DNA of 64,000 nucleotides. It comes from Laetmonice hystrix. Lineage: Eukaryota. Location: NCBI GenBank assembly GCA_965235115.1, contig OZ249436.1, forward strand, positions 38,752,001-38,816,000. Reading direction: 5' to 3'. Of this stretch, positions 22,701 through 36,352 are shown in pieces (positions within the stretch are counted from its first letter, which is position 1; every line of letters starts with the position of its first letter). The notes beneath the pieces are model-generated. The model saw nothing but the letters and a program-made list of their open reading frames with translations, did no database searches and was not told the origin of the DNA. Made by a program: the position numbers and the translations under genes.

Positions 22701-25372
22701 CGTTCACCGTATTGTTAGCAAAGATGTGCGTCATTGCCAAGGTTGTTTTACCTCAAGCAATACGACTCGAGCTCTGCGAAACCGATTCCGAAATCCTGTT
22801 CGTTGAAGTTGTTAAGGTGAGGGGGTGCAGTGTAGGCAATGGTTTCAGTATGAAAAATACCATGCGAGGAACGGTTGATTAATTCTGTAGGTAGATCACG
22901 TTGGTATTCCCCATTCACAGCTAAATCCAGGGGTTGGAAGGAAGGAGCGCACGTGGAAAAACTGGGGGGAAAAACCCCTGATCTGTGAGGACGTGTATGT
23001 GAGCAACGAAAATCTCTCAACTGGAAAACGGCGACCGTAAACAGTGAATTAACAAACCTAAACGATGCGTGTCTATTCAGAAATAAAAAGCTATACCCAG
23101 AGTCCAACACTGTATTTCAATTAGATTAACAGAACAGAAAGTGACCCATGATATCGTCTGAAATCGTAACATTATCAGTCATTTAGCTATAGTCCTCACA
23201 ATATTAGTAGGGACTTGCCTTTACACATTTTGAATTTGATATTTTAGTGGAAATGGAAAAGATTCTCTACAGGGGAGTGGCGAATAATTGGGTGTTGACA
23301 ATTTTACAAACAGGTGGCACCACAATGCAGCTCTGCGGCTAGTCGCTGCAATGCTATACGCATGTTAACAGAATATAAAATACTGAATTCTACTTCCTCC
23401 TTGAATCTAACATTGCTAGTAGGATTGGTCTGCTGACTTGATACTACTCAACACCATTATAGCAAGAATTCCCTCCGTCAGCCGTTCCTTTCCAAACTTC
23501 TGGATTCGTTTCTAGGGATACGTATGGCAAGGGAAGTGGTAGCTATAGGTTCTACCCGGCATACGGCATGGTAGTGGGGCATTCAGCCAAGATTAAAGTG
23601 TGATTACCCGTGGAGTCTCGACAGACCTCCGATAAGCTAACACTGGCCTAATGGTGTTAACATGTAGTCTGAGTGCATAAATCGGGGGGTTCTCTAGTAT
23701 GTTACCCAGCGGAGGCATGTGCCACTGGACAATGTGTTCTATGGACATAATGAATGGATGGTTGGATAGAAGAGTGAATGAGTATGGTTTCCGCGAGACG
23801 CTTCCCATCTCAATTCAAAGAGTAATGCAAAATTCCACAGTCTGGATGAAGCAGAAGAAGAAGAAGAAGAAGAAGAAGAAGAAGAAGAAGAAGAAGAAGA
23901 AGAAGAAGAAGAAGAAGAAGGGGGAGGAGGAGAAGGAGGAGGAGGAGAAGAAGAAGAAGAAGAAGAAGAAAATAATTCAGACCCGTAATTTCCATCAAAT
24001 TATTAAAATAGGCTAACTATTAGGCACCGCTGAAAATATTGGGGGCGATTAAAACCCCCTAGCCCCCTCCCCCACGGAAATTACGGCCCTGCATTTAGAC
24101 TTGTGCCACCAGACAATTTTCTAGGGCGACTGTGGCTAAATGAGTGCCTTAAAGTCTTTAGACCTATACGAGATCTAGCTACAAATGTCATGACATATTT
24201 CTTGCCAACGTCTTTTCCTTTCCTTTGCTGGTACTTTCTTTTTCATCCCAAACGTGGTGACATCACTGGGAATTTAAGGATTAGTTCCTTTCACCACTCG
24301 TATTAAATGTGACGGGTGGTTAACGAAACCTTGATCATTGCAGTCTTGAAAAAAGGAAAACGTCAACACACCATTCCATGCCCCGACCACCTTGTCAACA
24401 CGTCCCTAACACCGCCTAGTGATCCAATTCTAGTTCTATGGATAATAATCAATTTTTAAAATGGTAACTAGTTATTAATAATCCATAAAACAGAAATATT
24501 TATGTATACCCTATACTAGCATACCATGAAGCAGGGAAGCGAGCGAGGCGTGTATTTCATTAACTCCGATACCACCTTCCTGTAGGGAAGGGTTGCCGAC
24601 AGACAGGATAGACTGAACGACAGATGGGTGTTAACCCAGTTTGTGAGGCTCTGTGGCGTACCGTCCACCCGAACATCTCTCAGATGGCTCACACCTGAGC
24701 ATACAGATTTTTTCGGTTTCCGATGGCTGATTGAGGGAGACAGTAGTAGGTGGAGCAAATATGGTTCAAACGGTTTCTCGGGATCTTAAAACCTTTCGAA
24801 CAATTCTATTCAAGTTTTAAGCAATCTGTGATAGGCCTACGTTGCAGTAGCAGTATCCAACCTATGATAAATTCGCACGAATATGAATCCAAATGAGACC
24901 ATAAGTCTATAAAAAACAAATTAAAAAAGAAACAGGCGTGGGATCGGGATCCCAGAAAACACCGGCTAGCGTACACTTACCAGGTACGGAACGCTGTGAA
25001 CATGAAGAAAAAAATTGTTTCAGAGAAATACTTTTGTGGTGATCTCGTAATAACGACTTAGTGACGTCATTAACTCGTTATAACGACTTAAGGATGTCAT
25101 TAAGTCGTTATTACGAGATCACCACAGTTTTTTTTCTCTGAAACGAACGCAATTAACTCGTAAAAATGACTAAGTGACGTCATTAAGTCATAATAACGAG
25201 TTAATGACGTCACTAAGTCGTTATTACGAGATCATAACAACATTTTTTCTCTGAAAGGATTGTTTTTCTTCGTGTTTCTACAGGGCTCCGTATACCACGT
25301 GCCTCCGACACCTGTTTTTAACTTGGATCATTTCCATTCCTCCAGGCGAGACCTATTCCCGGAGTTCCACTG

Positions 25373-25427
<55 letters not shown>

Positions 25428-28400
25428 TTTTTGTACTTTTCAAGTAGCCTATAGCTCACAACATTCCCTGGGTATGATCTCCCCCCCCCCACGTCATGTT
25501 CCCACTCTTACGAGGTTTACGACCGCAGGGTCGTATAACTTAGCAGGTTGCCAGCTCTAAGGATTTATCATCCATTTAATAGTCACCAAACGTGCGAGAG
25601 AAGCTGAACCACGAGCTGGAAGCTGTAAGCAGACAACACGTCAACGTGCAGCTGTTCTCCATTACCGGACAACCCCGCGCGTGCATGGGTGACCTCATAT
25701 TAGCCAAACACCCTCCCCCACCACCACCACCATTACCTGCCATCGCCTCACTGAAACAACGTCAAGATGTTGAGGGCCAACGAGGATGAGACACCATTGG
25801 AACCTTTCCAACTTCCGGTGCCATGTTAAAGGTTCCCAGAGTTTGATGCGCGCGCATCAAGGAGCACGCGGCAGATTGCTGCTCTCAAGTGTGTCGTGAG
25901 GGACACAGGTACTGCCTTCCGACCTTCGGTGTGCGTAGCCAATGTAACCCTAATATAACTACACGTAGGCTACGTGTATCACTAGCCCTATCCCTAACAA
26001 ATGAAAACTCCCTCAAAGAGGTTACGTTTTGTAATATAACTATCCCTAACCCTATCCCCAAACTCTAACCTTTTTTAACAAAAATTGAGGGGAAAACAAA
26101 CAAACAAAAAACAGACCACGGCGACTCTCGAACCCAAAACCTCCAGATTATGGGCGAGAGACCTTAGCCTATCCACTATACGCCTAGACTGCTTCACTGT
26201 TCTCCCGCTGGGGTGAGGTAGAGATGCTGTGAGGATTTCCACCTGATCCAAAATCTATGTTCCAGACCTTTCCTTTCAAGTTGTACAGAATAATTAACAA
26301 ACACTTGAAAATAGAGTTATCCAACTATCTGTATGGAACATAAATTGTGTGTACTTTTTGAAAAAAAGAAGAATTCTCGTAAGTCCTGTCAGCCTCTTCG
26401 GTATTCGTAAACATCCCACGCGGATTCTGCCGCCCTAATGCTGCAGCCGCTCTCTTCATAATTATCCTCTTCGACGTCCAATTTCCCGACCTCCATATCA
26501 ACAGTGATTCTCCTCCTATAGTCTGTTCGCTCTAAGAAGAGCTCGACCTCGGCCTCATTAAAGCTCAAGAATATGACCAAATTCCACGTGGTTCTGTATT
26601 ACCCCAAATGAAGTAATAGCTTTAATGAGGCCGAGGTCGAGCTCTTCTTAGAGCGAACAGACTATAGCTCCTTGTGACTTGGTTACCGCGAAGAAGTCGG
26701 CCACCAACAGGCGAAAAATAGTGAGATAAGAATACTATGAGGAAACAAAACGAAACGAAAAAAATTAGTCGCCTCTGTCATACAGTTCTTTTAGAGCAAT
26801 ACTATAAAGCCGGGGTTCTTCTCTTGTCCGGCTGCTATATGACGTGAACAGCGCTCGGTAAACGTGAAAGTCTGGATATGGTTGGCCCACTTGAAGCTAG
26901 CCCAACTGTCAAGTACATAATGTAGTAGGCTTCTAACTGACGGCTGTTCCTGAAGGCGCTGAGTAGGCCCAAAATCTATGACGTATCTCCTTGGATCATA
27001 ACAGAGGCAAAGGTACTTAGGCCAACCAAAAAGGTTTCGTTTCCTGTCCTTTCATGTAATACAAACTGGAGGGGTTCCGCGGCTTTATCATGAAGCAACT
27101 TTGAAGAAAACTAACCTAATGGAATGACGTTTGCTGTTTATTATAAAGAACGTGAACAGCTAAACACTCTACACATGCCAGAAACCACAAAGCATTACAT
27201 TCTGCCGAGGTGCTACACGGCAACCCCCCTAATTGACATGTAGCACTCGGATTTTTCAAGAAGAAGAAAAAAGACTCAACGGGCTGGGGGGGGGGGGGGG
27301 ACGCGCGAGGACAAGAAACCAATTTGTTTCTTGGCCCTACAATTCACTTCTCTTGGTCTGAACATTTTTGAGTTATGTATGCCAACAGCCTAATTGGCCT
27401 ACATGGCGAATATAAGATAAATTCAACTGCAAGATCTATATTTGATTAAAATGGCAATATCAAAAGTCTGTGTCTGTTCCAGAGGACACGTACACAAAAT
27501 TGGAAACGGTGGACGGTCAAGACATTCAACTGCACATCATGGACACATACGACACGGTCAGTATCAAACTATAGAATGCCTCACTTTTGTGAGGCATTGT
27601 ATAGTTAAATGGAAAACATAAAAAATGTGGGTGAAAACCGTTGTCTTGACCGAGAAATGGCATATAACTTCCAACATGGGGCCACGCCCTCTCCCTCTAC
27701 AATGCTTAACTATACTGAATTTCGGTGTGCCTGTGGCTTAATTACAGGTCAATTATGGTATGTTCAGGGTAGGAATATTCATTTCGGATCTCTTTACACT
27801 ATCATTATAAGAAACACGTAAAGGGTTTGTTCCTCGACCGCAAAATGGTGACGGTCGACCTTTCAGTCTGTGTCTTGAATGCATTTATATGGGGATATAC
27901 CTACACCCCAGGTCGACCCTTGCCAACAACTCTTGGCGTCAACCGAAACTGTATTTTTCATCTGCATTATAGTCTTTCTGTACGAGACTGTCTGCATGCA
28001 AGAGATTGTAGATCGTATGGCCCTGGTAAGCGACAAAAATACTTTCGTTTAATCTTTCTGCGCGGAAAAGTCCTCTGTGCGTTGGGTGGGGGGAAACAAC
28101 TTGGGCTCCTTAGTCTGGGTCGTACCTGTAGGTCGAATGCAGCTGTATACCCTGCGTTCCATCCACAGGAACACAGCAAACCCGACCGATATCTGAAGTG
28201 GGCGAGCGGGTTTCTGGTCGTTTACAGCATCACAAGTCGGCCTAGCTACGATCAGGCCAAAACCTACATTGAAACCATTACACGGTACCTCCGCATCGCG
28301 GCTAAGGATCGTCCCATCGCATTGGTGGGGAACAAGGTGGACTTGGAACGATACCGGTTCGTAAGGCGATTTCGTTTTCTGAAACAATGATACAATTTGG

Positions 28401-29445
28401 AGGTGAAGTTAAGAAAATGTTAAGAGTAGATCTATGTCATCTTCGTCTTCTTCTCTCTTTGCGGATGTCCATAAATTACGTAACGCACACAGGGATGGGT
28501 GGGTATGTAGGATTCCGTCACAAAGCGTTACAGGGTGGAAGGTTGTGTGAATCAGTGTCACATAACATCCATAACTAGTGCTAACAACTGTATTAAAAAA
28601 GGCCAAGGCCTAGGCCTACTTATGACGTCCAGTAAAAGTAGCAAAGCCTAGACTATAGCCCTAACTGAAGTCCTGAAATGTGCAAGGGGTGTCTTGTGCC
28701 ACGTTACATAAGGGCGTTTCGCTTGCAGTTACAAAGTGTTACAGGGGGGGGGGTCTTTAAAATAGCCAAAAAAGGCGTTATGTAATTTATGGACAGCCCC
28801 TTTCGGTCTCTTTCTGTCTCCTGTCAGTAGTTCCATTAAAGCGGTGTGGTAATAACGGTAACCTGCCCATCATTTACAGGACAGTATCAAACGCCGAAGG
28901 TCTCTCCCTGGCGAACGACTTTGACTGTTCCTTCCACGAGACTGCGGCGGCTGAAGACTTCGCGTCTGTGGAGGGCGTCTTCCATTCCCTCATCCGGGAT
29001 ATTCTCCGACTGAACGAGCGCCTCATGCCACTCCAGCGACTGTATATCGTCGAGGACAAGGCCGTGCTTCTCACGACCGGCACACAGGTACATGTATACA
29101 GTTTAAAATCGAAAATTTACAGTAGGCGTACATGTATCTGGCTCACAAAACTGGAGAGGGACACGTAGCCTATTGACTTTTCTCACCCCTCTTTCTCGCT
29201 TATTATGAGACTCTCGGTCGTTGGACCATCAGTGCCCATATTTTGTTGGCGCCGTTATAAAGATAGAGTTAACCAAATGAACCATTTTCTTACAGAGTGT
29301 TGGACGGTATCATGGATCACGGCGGCCGAAGTCCCCGAAACCGCCGGAAGGCAAGGAGACGAAGCCAGCCAAGGACGAGAAAGAGGGCCGACGTTCAGTG
29401 TCTCACTTTAGACTCTTCAATAAAAACTTTAAGTTCTTTAACTGA
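19723..29445 (+). CDS. Ras-family small GTPase, RERG/RASL11/RASL12-like; exons 19723-19852, 22364-22420, 27483-27556, 28169-28356, 28880-29087, 29296-29445; 268 aa
   Basis: All introns GT-AG with compatible phases (807 nt total). G1 IAILGALGVGKS-ALTVKYITRRFIMEYDP, switch region EDTY...DTYD, WASGFLVVYSIT, G4 LVGNKVDL, G5 FHETAAAED. The ALTV.(Y/F)..RFI.EYDP and WA.GF..VYSI signatures are typical of RERG/RASL11/12. Stop TGA 29443-29445. Confidence 0.9.
23851..23971. repeat. (GAA)n/(GAG)n microsatellite
   Basis: Directly visible; explains the poly-K and poly-L ORFs. Confidence 0.95.
24987..25290. mobile_element. Foldback MITE with TA TSD and internal palindromic repeats
   Basis: ta|CGGA...TCCG|ta ends; repeated and inverted TGATCTCGTAATAACGACTTAGTGACGTCATTAACTCG units. 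Confidence 0.7.
26516..26667. mobile_element. 152-bp foldback element with perfect 50-bp inverted repeats
   Basis: 26516-26565 is the exact reverse complement of 26618-26667; 52-nt spacer; CTC on both flanks. Confidence 0.85.
27020..27336. mobile_element. Harbinger-like MITE, same family as 668-1053 in opposite orientation
   Basis: tta|GGCCAA..TTTCGTTTCCTGTCCTTTCAT ... ACGCGCGAGGACAAGAAAC..TTGGCC. Confidence 0.68.
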
Positions 29446-32400
29446 CGTCCAAAAGAAGGTTCATTTTATATCCTAACATGATCGATAGCATAATTATGCT
29501 TGAAGACAACTTCTGCGAGCCTCATACGTGCAGAACGTCAGAAGATATATGAGCCGCAGGACCTCGGTGCTCAAAGTGGAAAACGGTTCGAAATGACGTC
29601 ACGGTCCGGCAGTCGGCCGTGCGGCCCTAGTGTGGCTTCCAGATTAACCTGTGTACAAACATTTACCAATCGACGCCAGCCGAATGTTCCTGGTCAACTC
29701 TACTAAAACAGACAAAAGTTTCCAAGCTGTTAATTCTATGCAAGTGCGCAAGTGCCTCAATATAGGTTGTGAAGGACGAAACATGCGTATATGGTTTATT
29801 TATATACAGGGAGCATATATAAATACATGTATTATGACAGTATGCCTACTGAAACACAAATTGAATACTATGTCCCTCGTGCCGTGATCTTACCTTGAAT
29901 TTGAAACCTAGTACTTACCTTTTAGACCTATAGTCTATAGATAGACCAACACAAAGCAAATATCAATCTGGCAAATTGTCATATTTTTGTCTATTCTAGA
30001 GGAAATAAACTCTGTCCTGGCGATGGAGAATGTTTCAGACAAAGGTGGCGTTTACTTTTTATCAAACACTATGGTGCTATATCGGTGGCGTGAGCAGGGG
30101 CGGCGGAAGATAAAATTGGTTGGGGGGGGGGTGAATGAGGGATCCCGGTGGTTGCATTATAGTGACATTCGTGGGTACATAGTGGCATTACCATGGCGCC
30201 GAACATTGAGGGTGTAGGAGAGGGCTTGGAATTTTGGTACAAAATAGTGCGTTCTGGATCAATTTGGGGGATTGAAACATTTTGAACGAGAAATTTTCTA
30301 AAAACATGCTGTCATCAAATCTTATACAGACAATTGTGTTTCATTTCTGATACTTATTTGGCATTATCACCTACCCCCTAGACCCACGTACCCCGAATTC
30401 TTTTCATGAAATGTAGGCCTAACCTTCTCAATTCCTTGTCATCACGGCCCATGCTCCCTACTAGCCCTACTAGTCTACCACTCTACTTGTGACTATGTCC
30501 ACGATGCCCAGAGAGCTCAGTGGCCCCCACTACCCCAAGTCCACCCCTATCACAGGGGCTGGTTGCCGGTTCAGAGTAGGAGGGTATGCCTATACAGGAG
30601 GCCTGAAGGTGCAGGAAATAGGGGCGAATCCCGGAACCGAGCGCCGAAGGGGCGAAGCCTGTATCCGAGCGCCAAAGGCCCGCCGAGGCCTTTTGCAAAC
30701 GGGGGTCCGGGGTCCTCCCCCCTGAAAGTCTTGAAAAACAAGACTCTGAGGTGCATTTTCCAGGCATTTGAGGGACAGTTTTCTATCCAGGAAACACACC
30801 TGAAAAGGTATGTTTTTCTAGTCTTGGTCAAAAAACTTGATTGAGGCTCACGGAGATTGCCGAAGTGTAGCCGAGAATCTCCGATGGTTGCCAGAATTGT
30901 ATTAAATGGATAAATAAAAGTGGCCTAAGTTACACAGCTTTGCAGACGCATTGAGACCAATCTTAATTACACCACCCACTGAAATTTGTACATGTTAACA
31001 ATTATATTGGGGTGTTGAAGCCTATTAAAACCGAAAAACCCAGCCACATTTCCATGGGGGGGGGGGGGGGGAGTTACATGCGCCCTAACCCCCCCCCCCC
31101 CCCCCTCCCCGGTTCCGCCGCCTATGATGCATGGGTCCCTATACTCGACTCGGATGCAAATAAAATCATCACGTCTCCGCAGGCCGCACTTTGAGGCAGC
31201 AGTAGCGCCACCTATAGTGTTTTTGGAAGCAGGTGAGTCTTCTCTCCAGACGGCGCCAAAGTTTTACCACAGAGAGAGAGAGATAGAGAGACAGAGAGAC
31301 AGAGAGCCAACATAGGCTTATATTAAAACTGAACTAACTCTGTAGTCTATAGGGCTATATAATTAAATGTAGCTTACTACGAACAGGTGCAAAGGCAAAG
31401 GTTGGATTTCTCTAGGGTTCGTACAGGTATAGCTATAGGAAACAGGTAGGGCTACCAAACACATGGACCATGCGGTCAGCTCGGTGCACCACCTGCCGCA
31501 GTAGATTTTAGTTTTTCTAATGATGTTTAATAATATTCCGTTGGTTTCCCGGGTAAAATATCAAAGCATGTACAATAACACTGCGTGCCTATAATCAACG
31601 AGACTAGACTCGTTGCTATAATTAACACGAAACACGCAATCTCGCGCCTATGTGGGGATACATAGATCTAGCAGTACGTAGCACTTGTGTTTTACGATGA
31701 CACAGTTACCCAACTTTCCTGATTCTAGCTCAAAAGGAACCAGGAAGTAGATTCAGGGGTCAACCTAGCCATCTGAAAAAATGTAAGCCTAACTATGTAG
31801 GGCCCTATATGTTGGCCTTATCTAAGAAGCCGAGTGTTGTTGCGGTAAATGGGCCCTACAGTATATCATGTCGTCGATATGAAGAGACAACGCCCCAGTA
31901 AATAAAGGGAATTCTTAAATTATCTCTCCCAACTTGGTCCACGACGCAGGCATAGATATCTAGACCATTAATGTTGACAATAATGTTGCTAGCACTGAGG
32001 GCGAGCGATACAGCAAGCTCAGCGGCACTTCAATGACGTGCTAATTCACGAATTCAGCTTGAATTACAAACAAGTTAATTAGGCCTATAGACACTCCCTC
32101 GGCCGGTCCTCAAAACATCGACAGTCCGGCTCAACTGACAAAGGTCGCGGACCCGGACTCACGGTGGTACAGAAAATACATGTATCTACCAGCCCTGGGC
32201 TGGTGCATGATCCTGGCAAGATCCAAGACGAAATCCTCCAAGGATCTGGCAGAAAAGGGTTTAGTATAGGTCCAATTTAGAAGGCCATTATGGGAATTTA
32301 CTTTTAAACAGTCCCCCGTCGGTGGCACGTCTAAGTCGAAATAGGCAGGAATTACTATCGGTATATATGCCGAATTTATCGTTTTGTGATAGTCCATTTG

Positions 32401-33136
32401 TGAAAATTTTTAATGCATGATACACAAATCAATCTTTAGCCTATATATAGGTCTAGGCCTACTTCGTGTCCATCAGACATAGTAGGCCTAAATATAGTGC
32501 ATGGTCTTAAACAGCTATGGAGAGAGAAGCCGTGATGACCACTGAACCTGCCTGACCTGTCAGGGGTAAATGGAAATAGTGTCCAATAGAAATGGTAAGG
32601 CCTAAATAACCGGGCCGGATCCAGAAGGGGGGTTTTGGGGGTTGCACCGCCCCCCCTTAGAAATGTAACAAATTCTATCTGAACATGCTAAAGCCAGATT
32701 TCCACCAAATTACCCCAAAGCACAGTGCACAGTGGTATTTTAGTTGGCAAAGGAGCAAAATATAAATCTAATATCTTGGTAATAAAGTGTTTTTTTCACC
32801 TGTCAAGTTGTTGCACCCCCCCCCCCCTTAAAAAAAATCCTGGATCCGGCCCTGAATATGGCGTTATCCTTTCGATATGTGGGCATTTAAACAGCTGTGC
32901 GGCATTGAACATTACCTTTCCTTTTTATATTGATAGGTCTAGTGCCAAATTAGACTTCTACAATCATTAAATGACAAACATGAAAACTGGCGCCAAACGA
33001 AAGTTTATGCATGACCTAGTCTCCGTGAATAATGTTCTATACTGCTTTCAGGGACGAAACTCTCATGCGGGGAGGTGGGAGGGGCAGGACTAGTAGCGGG
33101 GGCCCACTTCATTTGGCCTTAAAGCAAATCATGACT

Positions 33137-34606
33137 ATGCCGAGAACAGACTAGGGCGATCGATGTCGATCGCTTGGCCCTTTTGCAGTTTGGGCGCCCA
33201 GGCGATGATTTGCACTTCATCGACCATCGGCAGTCATCGCCCACCAAAGCGCTGGCATTTTATGGTGGTCCCTTTCAAACCGGCAGATGGGCCTATATAG
33301 GCCTCTGTGTTATGTAGGCATATGAAAATACATGTATGTATAATGTATAGGAAATCACATGAGATCTTTCATTTCCGACCATTAGATGTGACGTAACGTG
33401 ACGTATAACGTCACGTGACGTCACACACGTCTCAAGAGGGACCTGTAATGCTACTACACAAATGTATTGAAGTACAATGGCCTCTGAAACCAACCCCACA
33501 GCTCACGTCACGTTTCACACCACGACAGGTGTGATAGGAATCCAAGTCGAAAATGCAGGTCCGATCGACCTGCATTCCTGTATAAGTCCAATCTAGGTCC
33601 AGGGGACCTCCATTCCGGCAGACCTCCATTCCTTTCACACCTGTACGTATCGTGTAACGGCATACGTAGTTGTAATGTCACGTGATGTGTGACGTAACGT
33701 ATAACGTCATACGTATAGTGTAACGTAGGCCATACGACGTAACATGACGTAACGTAAAACGTCCGACGTCATGTGACGTAATGTGTAACGTCACGTGAGA
33801 TGTGACGTAATGTATAACGTCACATATAACATCACAAGGTGTCTGACATCACGTATCACATCACGTGACGTGCAACATCACGTGACATATGACATATGAC
33901 ACGTGACATATATCAAGTAAAGGGGCATATAACGTCACATTTCCAACCATATTCTACACAACCTGACATATAACGGCACATGGTGTAAAACGTAACGTGA
34001 CGTCACGCAACTCTCAATAGGGGCCTCTAACGCTGCTGGCACAGAACTATTGAACTGCAAGATCACAACCTGAGATAATGGTAGGGATGTTGAACATGTA
34101 CGATGGGACGATCCCGTATGGCCGGGGTTCTCGACTCGACTCGTCGATGACTTCGCTGGTTTATGCCCGACGATCGGGTCGTAAGGGCTGTGTGGCCACT
34201 AGTAGGCCGACCGACGCCGACAGCCAGTTTTGAAAATTGGCAAAGTCACGTGGTTCCATCGTCTTCCTGACACATGCATGGGAATAAATTAAAAATGATG
34301 AACAATTTAATACGTTCCACGCTGAGACTGATCCTGGTGGTGATCGCCGACACATGGTAGGCTATCTGTTCAAAGGTACATACTTAAGACCCATGAGTGA
34401 CTTGTGCTCAGGTAAGATGGTAAGTGGCTCCCAATGAGTTCCCAGCACAGGGCAGACACTGACATGCGGTTTAGCCTCTATCGCCTGTCCATCGCCTCAG
34501 TGTGGGCCACCTGTCGCCTGAGCCATCGCTTGCGTTTTGTCGAGGCGATGGCCAGGCGATGGCCAAGCGATGGATGAGATATCGGTCGCCCTAGTCTGTT
34601 CCCGCC
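33137..34606. mobile_element. TIR element enclosing an ACGT-rich degenerate minisatellite
   Basis: GAACAGACTAGGGCGATCGAT..ATCGCTTGGCC near 33144 pairs with GGCCAAGCGAT..ATCGGTCGCCCTAGTCTGTTC near 34561-34601. The interior (33385-34010) is made of GTGACGT/ACGTCAC/TAACGT words. Confidence 0.62.
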
Positions 34607-34992
34607 TTTTATTTCAACGACTCCAAAATAAAGACATGGACTGTTAGGTTAGATAAGGCCTTAGACTAGAAATCATTAAATGTATTAACACAGAAATGGA
34701 GATCAAATTAAAGTTTAAACAGGCGTGGGAACAGTCACAGCAATTGGTGGCTGAGCACGATACTGAGATTTTCGCTATGAAGCGATCGTCTTATGGCTGG
34801 TTGTTAGCAAAATAGTTGACCTGGCATTGACTTGAACAGCCAATGAAATTCATCGGTTCATCGCCCGATGAATTTAATATGCGATAAAAATTGCGATGTC
34901 ATACTTTAATTCCCTTTAAGGCAGGCCCTGTTCTCATTTAACCTTTTTAGCTATATTAATGGAAACTGTAGTAAATTATACTTTGACGCTAA

Positions 34993-35136
34993 AGCCGGAT
35001 TTCCATGTGTACGTTTCCCGATATCCGTTTCCAAGTGTACGTTTCGTAGTTCGATTGTACACATGGAAACGCTCCTATAGGAAATAGGCATTACTGATCG
35101 AAACGGAAACGGATACGTACACATGGAAACCCGGCT
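34993..35136. mobile_element. Short Harbinger-like MITE
   Basis: TIRs AGCCGG.TTTCCATGTGTACGT / ACGTACACATGGAAAC.CGGCT, TAA TSD at 34990-34992 and 35137-35139. Confidence 0.82.
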
Positions 35137-35353
35137 TAAGTGTTATAATAAAGCCCAGAATATTACATAAAATTCAACTTAACCCATTCTGTCTTGAAGA
35201 GCTAATTAAGCCTAAGGTGAAAAAGACCGAAGTGCAGATAATAATATTATATCCGATGTTCGGAATGTGAGACTTGGCAATCAGTATTATGAGGCGAAGT
35301 CCCGACAGCAAGGCAGGTAACTTTAGAACGTAGTAAGATTAGCATTCGTGTAG

Positions 35354-36352
35354 GATTCCCATAACGCGTCTAAAGGTTATAGTTCAAGATTCCCATGGCA
35401 TGTCTAAAGGTTAGTTCATTGTTCCCATGGCGCATCTAAAGATTAGTTCATTGTTCCCATGGCGCGTCTAAAGGTTATAGTTCAAGATTCCCATAACGCG
35501 TCTAAAGGGAACAATGAACTAATCTTTAGACGCGCCATGGGAATCTTGAACTAACCTTAGACGCGCCATTGGAACAATGAACTAACCTTTAGACGCGCCA
35601 TGGGAACAATAAACTAACTTTTAGACGCGCCATGGGAATCTTGAACTAACCTTTAGACGCGCCATGGGAACAATGAACTAATCTTTAGACGCGCCATGGG
35701 AATCTTGAACTAACCTTTAGACGCGCCATGGGAACATCGAACTAATCTTTAGACGCGCCATGGGAATCTTGAACTAACCTTTAGGCGTGCCATGGGAATC
35801 TTGAACTAACCTTTAGACGCGCCATGGGAACAATGAACTAACCTTTAGACGCGCCATGGGAACATTGAACTAACCTTTAGACGCGACATGGGAACAATGA
35901 ACTAACCTTTAGACGCGTCATGGGAACAATGAACTAATCTTTAGACGCGCCATGGGAAAGGTTAGTTCAAGATTCCCATGGCGCGTCTAAAGGTTAGTTT
36001 ATTGTTCCCATGGCGCGTCTAAAGGTTAGTTCATTGTTCCCATGGCGCGTCTAAAGGTTAGTTCAATGTTCCCATGGCGCAGCTAAAGGTTAGTTCATTG
36101 TTCCCGTGGCGCGTCTAAAGGTTAGTTCAAGATTCAAATGGCGCATCTAAAGGTTAGTTCAATGTTCCCATGGCGCGTCTAAAGATTAGTTCATTGTTCC
36201 CATGGCGCGTCTAAAGTTAGTTCAAGATTCCCATGGCGCATCTAAAGTTTAGTTCAAGATTCCCATGGCGCGTCTAAAGGTTAGTTCAATGTTCCCATGG
36301 TGCAGCTAAAGGTTAGTTCAAGGTTCCCATGGTGTGTCTAAAGGTTAGTTCA
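35354..36352. repeat. 32-bp minisatellite, about 31 units, with an inverted central block
   Basis: Unit GTTAGTTCA(TTG/AGA)TTCCCATGGCGCGTCTAAAG. Forward to about 35506, reverse-complement about 35507-35958, forward again to 36352. Confidence 0.93.

Noticed and set aside
26117..26184. Minus-strand tRNA-Met-like sequence
   Set aside because: B-box-like GGTTCGAG and a CAT loop are present, but no convincing cloverleaf; likely a degenerate repeat-derived fragment.
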